A program made the position numbers and the translations under genes. Positions 28,472-38,087 of a stretch of 61,903 bases of DNA are shown piece by piece. The DNA lies in sequence record SRR20825006_104. One strand, given 5' to 3'. The notes beneath the pieces are model-generated. The model ran no database searches. It was not told the origin of the DNA and saw nothing but the letters and a program-made list of their open reading frames with translations. How positions within the stretch are numbered: the first letter of the stretch is position 1; each line of letters opens with the position of its first letter.

Positions 28472-31171
28472 ATGAAAAAATTGATACAAGTATGCGCAGC
28501 TGCACTTGTGCTGATGTTACCGATTTTGGTACAAGCTCAAGATACAGTTTCGATAAGAGACTTAAATACGTATGACAACCTAACTGAGTATTCTCAGGCT
28601 GCGGTTGAGGCACATCCCTTAAAGAATCAAACAGTAATTTATACTGCTGTTATAGTTTCAAACCCTAGAAGCTCTGGATTATCTACACCTTCAGACACAG
28701 ATAATGATGGCGTTATCGATAGAATTAGCCGTATGCACGTTTTCATTACTGATACTGCAGCAGTTAACCAAGGAAGAGATGGAATGTCTATTCAATTGGT
28801 GGAAGAAGATTTTGGTTTGCTTGCAGGTTTAAACCGTGGTGATGTTGTTACTTTTAAAGGTAGACTTACTTTCTTCAATGCAGTAGCACAAATGAAAGTT
28901 GATGAAGCTCCAACCATTATTGGTAGTGTTTATTTAAACTACCCACAACTTGAAGTATTACTTACCCCTTGGGATGTTACAGTTGATGAATTGATGACAG
29001 CTAATAATGATGGTACATATCAAATAAATATTGCTAATTACCCAAAGTATAATGGCGCTTACGTAAAGCTTTCATCTGCTACTGTAAGTAATGTAACTAT
29101 TGCAGACCGTCCAAACTGGGCGCTAAACGAAAATGGTTCTAGGATTTATGCCTATGACACTTCTCTACGTTACAGAAACGATAGAACAAGTGGTTACTTA
29201 CCGGGCTGGAACTACCGTCGTTTAGATGGTTTAGAAGGTGGTGAGGATGGACTATTTGTTCCTCCAACTCCTGGCGCTATTGTTGATGTGTCTGGTTTCA
29301 TGCTTTTAGATGGCTTCAGTAATGATGGTCATATTGCAGCAAACCAAGTTGCTTTTAAAATTGCACCAATGGAAGATGGTGTTCTATGGGCAACAGATGA
29401 CGATTCTGGAGATGATATCCGTTGCGTTGATGGTGAGCTTTGTAATGGCGAAACTCTTTCTTGGCCAAGTGACTTAACAGTTATTGGTTTACCTCCAGTT
29501 GTTAGCAACGTAGCTCTTTCAGACTCAATGCCTACTAGCTCCAGTGAAGTAGTTGTTACTGCTGACGCTGATGCAGAAGGTGATGCTACTGTAGCTAATG
29601 TTAAAATTGTATACACTAGCGGAGACTCAACTCTTACAGCTACAATGACGAATACTGGTGGTAACTCATATTCATTCACGTTACCTACGTATCCAAACTT
29701 TAGCCCAGTTTCTTTCTACTTATTAGTAGAAGATAGCGACGGCTTAGTTGGTAGAAATCCAATTGCTGGAACATATAATTTCTTTGTTGCGGATGATGTG
29801 GTTACTTCTATTGTTCAAGTGCAAAAAACAGCCGACGAAAGCACTGGTGTAAGCCCATTATTAGGTGTAGGGAAAATTCCAGTTAATATCTCTGGTATTA
29901 TTGTTTCTGATAACAGTGATGGTGTAATTATTCTTCAGGAAGCTGCTGCTGCTTGGAGTGGAGTTTTCTTAGAAAAAACTACTGCAACTCAAGCACTTGT
30001 AAAAGGTGATGCTATTACTGTAACTTCAACCGAAGTTGTTGAAGCAGTTGTTTCTGGAAGTAGTAGTGTTGGTCTAACACAACTTACTAAACTTGAGTTT
30101 ACAGTAAACTCTTCAGGTAATGATGTTTCTACAGTTATTCCTACCGTTGCAACTGATGATGTTGTTCGCATGCAAGCAGCTGGCGAGTTAGAGCCATACG
30201 AAGGTATGCTAGTTAAATTTGCAGGTGTAGAAATTGTTGACCGTGGTAACTACGGTGAGTATACACTTAGAAACACCGATGCGGACTCTACAGGTGGTGT
30301 AATCTTTAACGAAGATATCAGATCTGATGAAGTTGGAGCTGTTAGTATTTCTTATGAAATAAATAACACACTTAGAGAAGGTATTACTTTTGATGCTTAT
30401 GGCATTGTTGCTGCATCATTTGGTGCTCCAAAAGTACACCCACGTAGTGAAGCTGACTTTGTTGGAAACGACGGTAATGTGTTTACTCCGTTACTCGATT
30501 TTGCTCTTAGTACTCCTGCAGATAGTGCAGAAGTAATTGTAAATGGCGACCTAGAAGTTTCTTGGGGAGCTTCATTTGACTTAGATGGAGATGATGTGAC
30601 TTTTGAGTTTGTACTGTACTCTGCTGACGGTACTGCTGTACTTGCAACTGTACCATCGAATGGTGCTTCTACAGCTACAGACGTAACGTTGCCATTTAGC
30701 TTGGTTGATGGACTTCTTGCAAGCGAAGGTTTGACAGTTGGTCAAAATAAAAGCTTCCTCTGGAATGTTCGTGTAAGTGACGGTTCTGATACTTTAGATG
30801 TTCACGGTGCCTATGGTAACTTTGGGGATGATTTCAGTCCGATTTATCGCTTCATCACTTTAGAAAGAGGATCTGCAACTTCAAATGAAGAAATTGCTGG
30901 TTTACCAGAGAAGTTTAGTTTAAACCAAAACTATCCTAACCCATTCAACCCTACTACTAATATTTCTTTCGACTTGCCAAACTCGGCAACTGTAACGCTT
31001 GAAGTATTTGACATGTTGGGAAGAAAAGTGGCAACTATTGTTAATGAGCAATTGACAGCGGGTACGCACAATGTAAGTTTTGATGCTGCAAGATATGCAA
31101 GTGGTATGTATATCTATCGCATTCAAGCAGGTACATTTGCAAGCACTCGTAAAATGATGCTTATTAAATAA
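28472..31171 (+). CDS. T9SS cargo with tandem OB-fold (ExeM/YhcR-like) modules and type A CTD
   Basis: [41 protein letters not shown] plus a more divergent N-terminal copy; [16 protein letters not shown]. Confidence 0.85.
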   Translation: MKKLIQVCAAALVLMLPILVQAQDTVSIRDLNTYDNLTEYSQAAVEAHPLKNQTVIYTAVIVSNPRSSGLSTPSDTDNDGVIDRISRMHVFITDTAAVNQGRDGMSIQLVEEDFGLLAGLNRGDVVTFKGRLTFFNAVAQMKVDEAPTIIGSVYLNYPQLEVLLTPWDVTVDELMTANNDGTYQINIANYPKYNGAYVKLSSATVSNVTIADRPNWALNENGSRIYAYDTSLRYRNDRTSGYLPGWNYRRLDGLEGGEDGLFVPPTPGAIVDVSGFMLLDGFSNDGHIAANQVAFKIAPMEDGVLWATDDDSGDDIRCVDGELCNGETLSWPSDLTVIGLPPVVSNVALSDSMPTSSSEVVVTADADAEGDATVANVKIVYTSGDSTLTATMTNTGGNSYSFTLPTYPNFSPVSFYLLVEDSDGLVGRNPIAGTYNFFVADDVVTSIVQVQKTADESTGVSPLLGVGKIPVNISGIIVSDNSDGVIILQEAAAAWSGVFLEKTTATQALVKGDAITVTSTEVVEAVVSGSSSVGLTQLTKLEFTVNSSGNDVSTVIPTVATDDVVRMQAAGELEPYEGMLVKFAGVEIVDRGNYGEYTLRNTDADSTGGVIFNEDIRSDEVGAVSISYEINNTLREGITFDAYGIVAASFGAPKVHPRSEADFVGNDGNVFTPLLDFALSTPADSAEVIVNGDLEVSWGASFDLDGDDVTFEFVLYSADGTAVLATVPSNGASTATDVTLPFSLVDGLLASEGLTVGQNKSFLWNVRVSDGSDTLDVHGAYGNFGDDFSPIYRFITLERGSATSNEEIAGLPEKFSLNQNYPNPFNPTTNISFDLPNSATVTLEVFDMLGRKVATIVNEQLTAGTHNVSFDAARYASGMYIYRIQAGTFASTRKMMLIK

Positions 31172-31185
31172 TACATTTCAAATTT

Positions 31186-31217
31186 TATGGGAGTACAATC
31201 ATGTACTCCCATATTTT
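31186..31217 (+). terminator. Intra-operon stem-loop (partial terminator or mRNA stabiliser)
   Basis: TATGGGAGTACA-ATCA-TGTACTCCCATA-TTTT, perfect 12-bp stem. Confidence 0.65.
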
Positions 31218-31234
31218 ATATAGGCCGAATAATT

Positions 31235-32749
31235 TTGATATCACAAAAGCATATTAAAACTTCATTACTAGCAACTATTTTGGTTGGTTTGGTATTTGGT
31301 AGCTGTAAAGAACCAATTACCGGAGATCGAAATGAGAACAAAGCTCCTAGTACTAATCTTACTGTAGAAGCGATAAATAGAGGAAATGATTTTCGCTTGT
31401 CCAGTCAGATTAAGATATCATGGTTTGGAATAGACCCTGATGGCTATGTTATTGGCTATGAATATGCAATAAATGATACCTCCGAAAGTGCTTGGACTTT
31501 CACAACTAAAACAGATAGCACATTTATACTGCCTATTACACCTGGGCAACAAAATGATGATGTCCTATTTAAAATACGGGCTGTAGATAATGAAAATCTA
31601 CGTGATCCAGTTGGGGCGAGATTAGTTTACCCTGTAGTTAATTCTGAGCCTGAAGTTGCTATAAACAGAACTCAATCTCCACCAGACACACTATATTCTA
31701 TTGCAAGTTTCGGATGGTCTTTTAGTGATCCGGATGGAATTCTAAACTTAGATAGAACAGAGATTGCTGTTAATGACACGGTTAATGGCTGGGTTGAAAT
31801 TCCATTTACAGAAAGTGATGAAGGTCAGCTTTTTATTTCGCTTGAAGTTGATAATTCTACTTCAGGTGCTAAAGATGCGAGAGTTTTTCTTGGTAAAAGC
31901 TATTCAACATTACAAGTAGATGGGCAGAGTCTTGTAATTCCAGGCGTTAAAGTAGGTGAGAAGAACACCTTTTATGTTCGTGCAATTGATGCAAGCGAAT
32001 CCAAGAGTAACGTAGATACTCTATCATGGTTTATAAAAGAGCAAAAGTCTAAAACTCTGATACTAAATGACTACTCAGGATCGAATTCTGCGGAAACATT
32101 GGAATTCCATTTAAATATCTTAAATGAAGGTGGTTTAACCCCAGATGTTTGGAATATTAATGACGGCGAAGTAGTACAAGGAAGAGTAGCTCTCTCGGAA
32201 GCTTTTCCAACCGTTGTAGACCCTACTTTGGAAAAAACACTGGCCAAATGGGATCATATCTATTGGATTTCAAATGATATGGACAGAAATATTGTATATG
32301 CTCAAGAAATATTAAGAGAATTTTTTAGTAATGGTGGCACATCGTTTGTAAATATTCCCATTAAGAAAATGAATACAACGGATGAGGTTTTTAATTTTAT
32401 CCCAGTAGATTCTATAGCTACAGGTGATTACTACCTCTTTCAAGATACACTTGTTGTTCCTACCCCACCGCTAGAGGCAACATTGAAAGTTGCTGCGGGT
32501 GGTTTCGCATTAGTAAGTGCAAAACCTGTAAAAGGGATTAGCGGCAGTAAAGCTTTGTACTCAGCAGATTATCATAGAAAGACAAGTAGAGGCTTTAGTG
32601 CCTATAATGGCTATGAACAAGTTGCAATAGAAAACCCTGAAGGTAACTTAGTTTACTTTGCAATCGATTTGAAAAATCTGAACGGAAATAACAATCTAGG
32701 CCAACTGATTCAGGAACTTGTTGTCGGCAGATTAGGATTTAAACAATAA
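31235..32749 (+). CDS. Lipoprotein with FN3/Ig-like domains
   Basis: Likely TTG start at 31235; lipobox VFGSC; ISWFGIDPDG..GYEY and FxIRAVD/FYVRAID strand motifs. Confidence 0.75.
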   Translation: MISQKHIKTSLLATILVGLVFGSCKEPITGDRNENKAPSTNLTVEAINRGNDFRLSSQIKISWFGIDPDGYVIGYEYAINDTSESAWTFTTKTDSTFILPITPGQQNDDVLFKIRAVDNENLRDPVGARLVYPVVNSEPEVAINRTQSPPDTLYSIASFGWSFSDPDGILNLDRTEIAVNDTVNGWVEIPFTESDEGQLFISLEVDNSTSGAKDARVFLGKSYSTLQVDGQSLVIPGVKVGEKNTFYVRAIDASESKSNVDTLSWFIKEQKSKTLILNDYSGSNSAETLEFHLNILNEGGLTPDVWNINDGEVVQGRVALSEAFPTVVDPTLEKTLAKWDHIYWISNDMDRNIVYAQEILREFFSNGGTSFVNIPIKKMNTTDEVFNFIPVDSIATGDYYLFQDTLVVPTPPLEATLKVAAGGFALVSAKPVKGISGSKALYSADYHRKTSRGFSAYNGYEQVAIENPEGNLVYFAIDLKNLNGNNNLGQLIQELVVGRLGFKQ

Positions 32750-32753
32750 ATAA

Positions 32754-35711
32754 ATGAAGAAGTTTAGTTATATACTCGTTCTCTGTTCGTTTCTGCTTCA
32801 TACTGCGGTTTACGCTCAATCTGCAAATGGAAGTTTAGAAGGTGTAATTAAAGAAGACGGAACTGGAGAGACACTCCCAGGTGTAAATATTTTAATTATT
32901 GGTACTAGCTTTGGTGCTGCTACAGATGTTGATGGTGCATACAAAATTCAGAATATTCGACCAGGTGAGTATTCTGTTCGTATTACCTACATTGGTTTTG
33001 AAACCATACTACTTACAGGTATCAAAATTACAGAAGGAGAAGCAACAGAGCTCAATTACACTTTAAAAGCCCAAATACTTACCTCCGATCAAGAAATTGT
33101 AATTATTGGTGAAGCTCCAATATTTGATGTAGAAAAATCATCAACATCCGCTACAATTTCCAGAAAAGAAATTGAAGCTGCACCCGTGAGAAAAGTAGAA
33201 GATGCAGTTTCTCTTCAATCTGGTGTTATTAAGGATCCAACGGGTTTATACATTAAAGGTGGTAGAGCAAATGAAACTGGCTACGTAGTTGATGGCGTTT
33301 CTGCTCAAGATCCATTGGCTGGTACCGGATTTGGTCTCGATTTGGGAGCCAATTCGTTCAGTAATATTGAAGTTATTACTGGTGGCGTTGGCGCCGAATA
33401 TGGTGACATGACCTCAGGTGTAGTTTCCGTACAAACTAGAGATGGTGGAGATCGCTACGAAGGTTCTTTTTCCCACAAAAGAGATAATTTTGGTTCCAAC
33501 GTGATGTCTAATCGCGCTAACTATTTCATGGATGTTTATGAACTAAGCTTAGGTGGCCCAGAGTTATTGACGGAAAGAATATTACCAGCTCTTGGCTTAG
33601 ACCTTCCTGGTAGTTTCTCATTTTATGCTACAGCACAAGTTTCTTTAGCCGATGGCTATACCAAGCTTTCTGCAGATCAGATTAGTTCATCTACTACTAA
33701 TTCTAACTTTTGGTCGCCTCGTCAGGGTAATAGATGGAACGGAATGCTTAAGCTGACATACAATATTAAGCCAGGTATGAGGCTTCAAGGTGCTTATCAG
33801 CGGTCACTTACCATTAATCAGAATACACGAATGTTGCAGATTACTGGTGCAAATACTCAGATTCAGCCAGGATTTCAGTTCAATTTTTCGAATGGCTTTC
33901 TGGATAATGCAAATACTTACACGCACGACTCCAACTTATCTTATTTAAAGTGGACTCAAACTGTTTCGACTTCTGCTTTCTACGAAGTTCAAGTGAGTCG
34001 ATTATTCACTAATCTTAGAGCAGATGCTAACGGTAGAGACTGGCGTCCCGAAAATGTGGATGGCGAATTTGACCCTGAAAGTATTATTACATTTCCAGCA
34101 GAAGAATATGATGCAGGCGAAGATTTTACTTACGTACTTGCAGGGCCTGGCTATTACAACAATGGTGGAATTGCTACACTATGGCACGATCACTTTGCGG
34201 AAGAGATTACAGTAAAATCGAGTATTACGAAATATTTTAATGAGCGTCAAAACCAGTTGGTAATAGGCTTTGAATCCAAATTCAATGATTACCAATGGAT
34301 TGACATTACCCGCCCTTGGATTGGAGCTCCAATTCGAATCGATGAAAACACTGTTTCCGAAACATTCCGAGTTGGTGAAAGTTTTGATGCTTGGAGAGTG
34401 AAACCAAATAGAGGGGCAATTTTCGTTACCGATAAAATTCGATATAATGGACTTATTGCAAATATTGGCGGACGTTTCGAATATTGGGCACCTGGTAAAT
34501 ATGTAGATACTAGAGTGGAGGAAGCATTAGATCCGAATACATTTTCTACCATCCCAGCGTTTGTTGCGCAAGATTATTTAGACGAAACGACCAAGATTTT
34601 TGGGATGAGATATAAGTTTATATTCTTACCAAAAATCAATGTTTCCTTTCCTGTAAGAGAGAACCAAGTTCTATTTTTTAACTATGGCCACTCTGCAAGA
34701 ATTCCTCACCCTAGTTTTGTATATGCAGGTTTAGACCCCTTTTATCAAGATCAATCAGATCTATCAAACTTGGGTAATCCTAACCTAAATAGAGAAATTG
34801 ATATTTCTTATGAAATAGGATTGAGAAACCAAATTTCTCCAAATGATGCAATGAATGTTTCGGCATTTTGGCGTGACAAATACGACTTTGTTACCTCTCA
34901 ACAAATTACAGTGTTGGATGTTGATAACAGGCCAACGACAAAAGCATTTAGAGTTAATGGTGATTATGCCCGTTCAAGAGGGGTTGAACTTACCTATCTG
35001 AAAAGATACCGAGATATTCTTAGTGGTCAGGTATCGTTCACATACAGCCGAACTGAAGGATTAAGCTCTACGACTGATGATAATCTACAAGGTATTTCAG
35101 CTAGTAAAAATGTAGGAAACAATATAGAAACTCCATTAGCTTGGGATCGCCCGTTCGATATTAAGGGGAACATAACTTTCACTTACGATAGAGATAAACC
35201 ATTATTTGATTTAAAACCATTAAATCAAATACAAGTATTCCTATCAGCTGTTTGGAGAAGTGGTGCTAGATATACACCATATGATCTCGCTGGCTATGAA
35301 AGAAATCCTATAACGGGTGATGAGGGTTGGAGACCTATTTATGAAATTAATGATGATCCAGCTCAAAGATATAGTGAACTTGGCCCTGCATGGTTTTACA
35401 TGGACATGAACATCCAGAAATGGTTTACTATTAAGGGAACTAGAGTAAGTACCTTCTTAGAAATAACGAATTTACTAAATAATAAAAGTGCGGTTATTAT
35501 TAACCCAGTAACAGGCGAGGGATATAAGTCATATCCTAACGATCCACAAAAGCTTGTTGCGCTTAGAAGTGACCGCTCCTACGATGTGCCTAATAGTGTT
35601 AGAGATCCTCGTTATATTGATCCTACAGATAATGGCTTGCCTGCTTATGAAAACCCAGCGAATTACTTAGAACAGAGACACATCGTTTTTGGAGTATCAA
35701 TACGTTTTTAA
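32754..35711 (+). CDS. TonB-dependent outer-membrane transporter with N-terminal carboxypeptidase-regulatory-like domain
   Basis: GETLPGVNI..GAATDVDG.Y.I, plug IKGGRANETGYVVDGVS, GGVGAEYG, GNPNL, C-terminal Phe. Confidence 0.92.
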   Translation: MKKFSYILVLCSFLLHTAVYAQSANGSLEGVIKEDGTGETLPGVNILIIGTSFGAATDVDGAYKIQNIRPGEYSVRITYIGFETILLTGIKITEGEATELNYTLKAQILTSDQEIVIIGEAPIFDVEKSSTSATISRKEIEAAPVRKVEDAVSLQSGVIKDPTGLYIKGGRANETGYVVDGVSAQDPLAGTGFGLDLGANSFSNIEVITGGVGAEYGDMTSGVVSVQTRDGGDRYEGSFSHKRDNFGSNVMSNRANYFMDVYELSLGGPELLTERILPALGLDLPGSFSFYATAQVSLADGYTKLSADQISSSTTNSNFWSPRQGNRWNGMLKLTYNIKPGMRLQGAYQRSLTINQNTRMLQITGANTQIQPGFQFNFSNGFLDNANTYTHDSNLSYLKWTQTVSTSAFYEVQVSRLFTNLRADANGRDWRPENVDGEFDPESIITFPAEEYDAGEDFTYVLAGPGYYNNGGIATLWHDHFAEEITVKSSITKYFNERQNQLVIGFESKFNDYQWIDITRPWIGAPIRIDENTVSETFRVGESFDAWRVKPNRGAIFVTDKIRYNGLIANIGGRFEYWAPGKYVDTRVEEALDPNTFSTIPAFVAQDYLDETTKIFGMRYKFIFLPKINVSFPVRENQVLFFNYGHSARIPHPSFVYAGLDPFYQDQSDLSNLGNPNLNREIDISYEIGLRNQISPNDAMNVSAFWRDKYDFVTSQQITVLDVDNRPTTKAFRVNGDYARSRGVELTYLKRYRDILSGQVSFTYSRTEGLSSTTDDNLQGISASKNVGNNIETPLAWDRPFDIKGNITFTYDRDKPLFDLKPLNQIQVFLSAVWRSGARYTPYDLAGYERNPITGDEGWRPIYEINDDPAQRYSELGPAWFYMDMNIQKWFTIKGTRVSTFLEITNLLNNKSAVIINPVTGEGYKSYPNDPQKLVALRSDRSYDVPNSVRDPRYIDPTDNGLPAYENPANYLEQRHIVFGVSIRF

Positions 35712-35712
35712 T

Positions 35713-36711
35713 ATGAGAAAATTGATAAATAAATATAGTTTTATAGTATTGGTACTGGCTTTGGCTTCTTTTGTAGAAGTTAAAGCACAAACATCATATG
35801 GTACTGATAGAGCAGGAACAGAATCATTCCAATTCACAAAAATTACTGTTGATGCTAGGAGTGCAGCTATGGGGAATTCCAATATGGCAGACGCTACCGA
35901 CGGATCTAGCTTATATTGGAATCCAGCATTAGCTTCAAAAATTGGAAGTTCTTACGCAACACTTTCGCATACAGATTATTTAGTAGATACTGGGTTAGAG
36001 TATTTTAGCTATATACACAAGTTAGGCGATTTCGCAGTTGGAGGTTCTGTCCAATATTTTAACTCTGGAGATATTAACGAGACTACAGAATCTCAGCCTT
36101 TTGGAACTGGGCGTACATTTAGGACCAATCATCTATCAGTTGGTTTAACTGGTTCGCATAAAATCACTGATCTTTTTAGCTACGGAATTACTTTAAAATA
36201 TTTAACTATTGGCATTGAAGAGGTTTCCTATAGCACAGGAGCCATCGACTTTGGTTTTTCTTATTTAGTAGGTGATACAGGGCTAAGATTCGCTGTTGGT
36301 ATCAATAACTTTGGTCTTGATGCTTCTCCAAATGGAGAAACTGTAAGAAGCACGCCGAACGGTGATGTTACTGAAGAACCTGATACAGATATATCACTTC
36401 CTACTCGATTTACTATTAGTGCAGCTTATACAGCTTTAAACTCAGAGAATAATAGCTTAATTCTAACTTCGCAAATTACTAACCCAAGTGATAATGCTGA
36501 GCAGTTCAGCATTGGTGCTGAGTACGGTTTTATGAAACAGTTTTTCTTTAGAGGCGGCTACGAATTTGGTATTGAAGAACGCATGTTGCCTAGTTTAGGA
36601 ACAGGGGTAAAAGTACCTTTTGCAAACCGAAAAATAGCTGTCGACTATAGCTTTACTAATTACGATAGATTAGGCTCTATTCACCGTATTACACTTGGAT
36701 TTGAACTATGA
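35713..36711 (+). CDS. PorV/PorQ-family outer-membrane beta-barrel
   Basis: FQFTKITVDARSAAMG...SLYWNPA, SIGAEY, FFRGGY, VDYS, LGSIHRITLGFEL; ATG at 35713. Confidence 0.85.
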   Translation: MRKLINKYSFIVLVLALASFVEVKAQTSYGTDRAGTESFQFTKITVDARSAAMGNSNMADATDGSSLYWNPALASKIGSSYATLSHTDYLVDTGLEYFSYIHKLGDFAVGGSVQYFNSGDINETTESQPFGTGRTFRTNHLSVGLTGSHKITDLFSYGITLKYLTIGIEEVSYSTGAIDFGFSYLVGDTGLRFAVGINNFGLDASPNGETVRSTPNGDVTEEPDTDISLPTRFTISAAYTALNSENNSLILTSQITNPSDNAEQFSIGAEYGFMKQFFFRGGYEFGIEERMLPSLGTGVKVPFANRKIAVDYSFTNYDRLGSIHRITLGFEL

Positions 36712-38003
36712 TGATGAAAAATTCAAAAATAATTTTAGGACTACTTCTTATCACTAGTATCGTAAGTACGAGCTGTGATTCTTTGTTTGGCACAAAAAAT
36801 GATTCGGCAACAGAAGATATTTTTAAAGAAGGGAAGATTGACCCATCTTCAGAAAATGTTGATGGCTATGCACCCGTTTTGCCAGTTTGGGCTGATTTTG
36901 ATGCCCCAACTGATGTCCATATTGGTTTCGATACATTCGTATATGTTACTGATGCTAAAGGTCTCCATTTACTAGATCGCGCAGATTTAACACCACGTAA
37001 AACCATAGCATTTACAGGTGCCGATGTTGTTGTGCAAGACCGTTTATTAAATGTTTATGTAGCTGCAAGAATTGATACTGTTATAAGACAGTCAGGAGTC
37101 GACGTTTCTTATAATTTGCCCGCTATTTTTAAGATTAAAAACATGAATGGCTCAGGCGATGTTGTTATTGTTGATACTCTAATATTCCCTTTTGATGATG
37201 CAAGTTTGAGTACTAGCGCCGCACAAAACGCAAGATTAAATAAAACTTCTCCTAATAATTATGAAAAAGTAAAAATAACGGGTCTAACCGTATTAGTGGA
37301 TAATAATATTTATGCAACAAGAACGGGGCCATTAAATAGTTCTCAACAGATTGCCGCACCCGACAATACAGTTTTAGAATTTGGCCGACGTGTTGTAAAT
37401 GGAGAGAAAATTGATAAAATGGTGAATGTTCGCCAAATTGTAACACTTAATCCTGTAACACCATCACTTAAAAGTGCAGTAGGATTAGGCTCAATAACTT
37501 CGTTTGTGGCTCCTCCTCAGAGAGATCAGTTGACAAGTGATCGTAGTTTTATTGTCACGCAAACCGATCAAAATATTAGTATCGATTTCCGTGTTCTTTG
37601 GATAAAAGCGGAGCTCACAACAGATGGATTGGTGTATTCCCAAAACTCATCATTATTAGCCCAAGACACTTCTAAAGCTAGTGGGTTTCTATATGAGCCC
37701 CAAAAATTTAGTTCCCCTTCAGATGTCGCTTTTTCGGGAGATGATGATGCTTTTATTTTTGTAGTAGATGAGCTTCAGAATATGTTTTACCAATTTCAGT
37801 CTAGTGGCCTAGAAGGTGTAAACCCTCCAGCAGGTGTAGACCAAAGTGGAAAAAAAATTATCGTTTCTTTCGGTGGATTGGGAGTAGGGCCCAAGCAATT
37901 CAATAAACCTTCAGGGGTGGCCTACTACAATAAAGTTGTTTACGTTACAGATAAGGGCAATAACAGAATATTAAGATTTAAACTTACATCAGACTTCGAG
38001 TAG
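36708..38003 (+). CDS. Lipoprotein with NHL-repeat beta-propeller
   Basis: Lipobox STSC; FDAPTDV..G.D..VYVTD, FSSPSDVA, FNKPSGVAYYNKVVYVTDKGNNRILRF; ATGA overlap. Confidence 0.8.
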   Translation: MMMKNSKIILGLLLITSIVSTSCDSLFGTKNDSATEDIFKEGKIDPSSENVDGYAPVLPVWADFDAPTDVHIGFDTFVYVTDAKGLHLLDRADLTPRKTIAFTGADVVVQDRLLNVYVAARIDTVIRQSGVDVSYNLPAIFKIKNMNGSGDVVIVDTLIFPFDDASLSTSAAQNARLNKTSPNNYEKVKITGLTVLVDNNIYATRTGPLNSSQQIAAPDNTVLEFGRRVVNGEKIDKMVNVRQIVTLNPVTPSLKSAVGLGSITSFVAPPQRDQLTSDRSFIVTQTDQNISIDFRVLWIKAELTTDGLVYSQNSSLLAQDTSKASGFLYEPQKFSSPSDVAFSGDDDAFIFVVDELQNMFYQFQSSGLEGVNPPAGVDQSGKKIIVSFGGLGVGPKQFNKPSGVAYYNKVVYVTDKGNNRILRFKLTSDFE

Positions 38004-38043
38004 AAAAGACGAGATAAATGATGTTTATTTAGTAACTATATTT

Positions 38044-38073
38044 AAAGGCAGCTCATTTAGAGTTGCCTTTTTT
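38044..38073 (+). terminator. Intrinsic terminator ending the uptake operon
   Basis: AAAGGCAGCTC-ATTTA-GAGTTGCCTTT-TTT. Confidence 0.8.
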
Positions 38074-38087
38074 CTATAAAACATATT

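Noticed and set aside
31187-31234. ORF-track ATG start for the 520-aa lipoprotein
   Set aside because: The ATG lies inside the hairpin; TTG at 31235 gives a normal-length lipoprotein signal
32754-35711. Calling the transporter SusC of a polysaccharide utilisation locus
   Set aside because: No SusC signature motifs seen, no downstream SusD and no recognisable CAZymes
35689-35712. ORF-track start of the PorV-like gene overlapping the transporter
   Set aside because: ATG at 35713 gives a clean signal peptide
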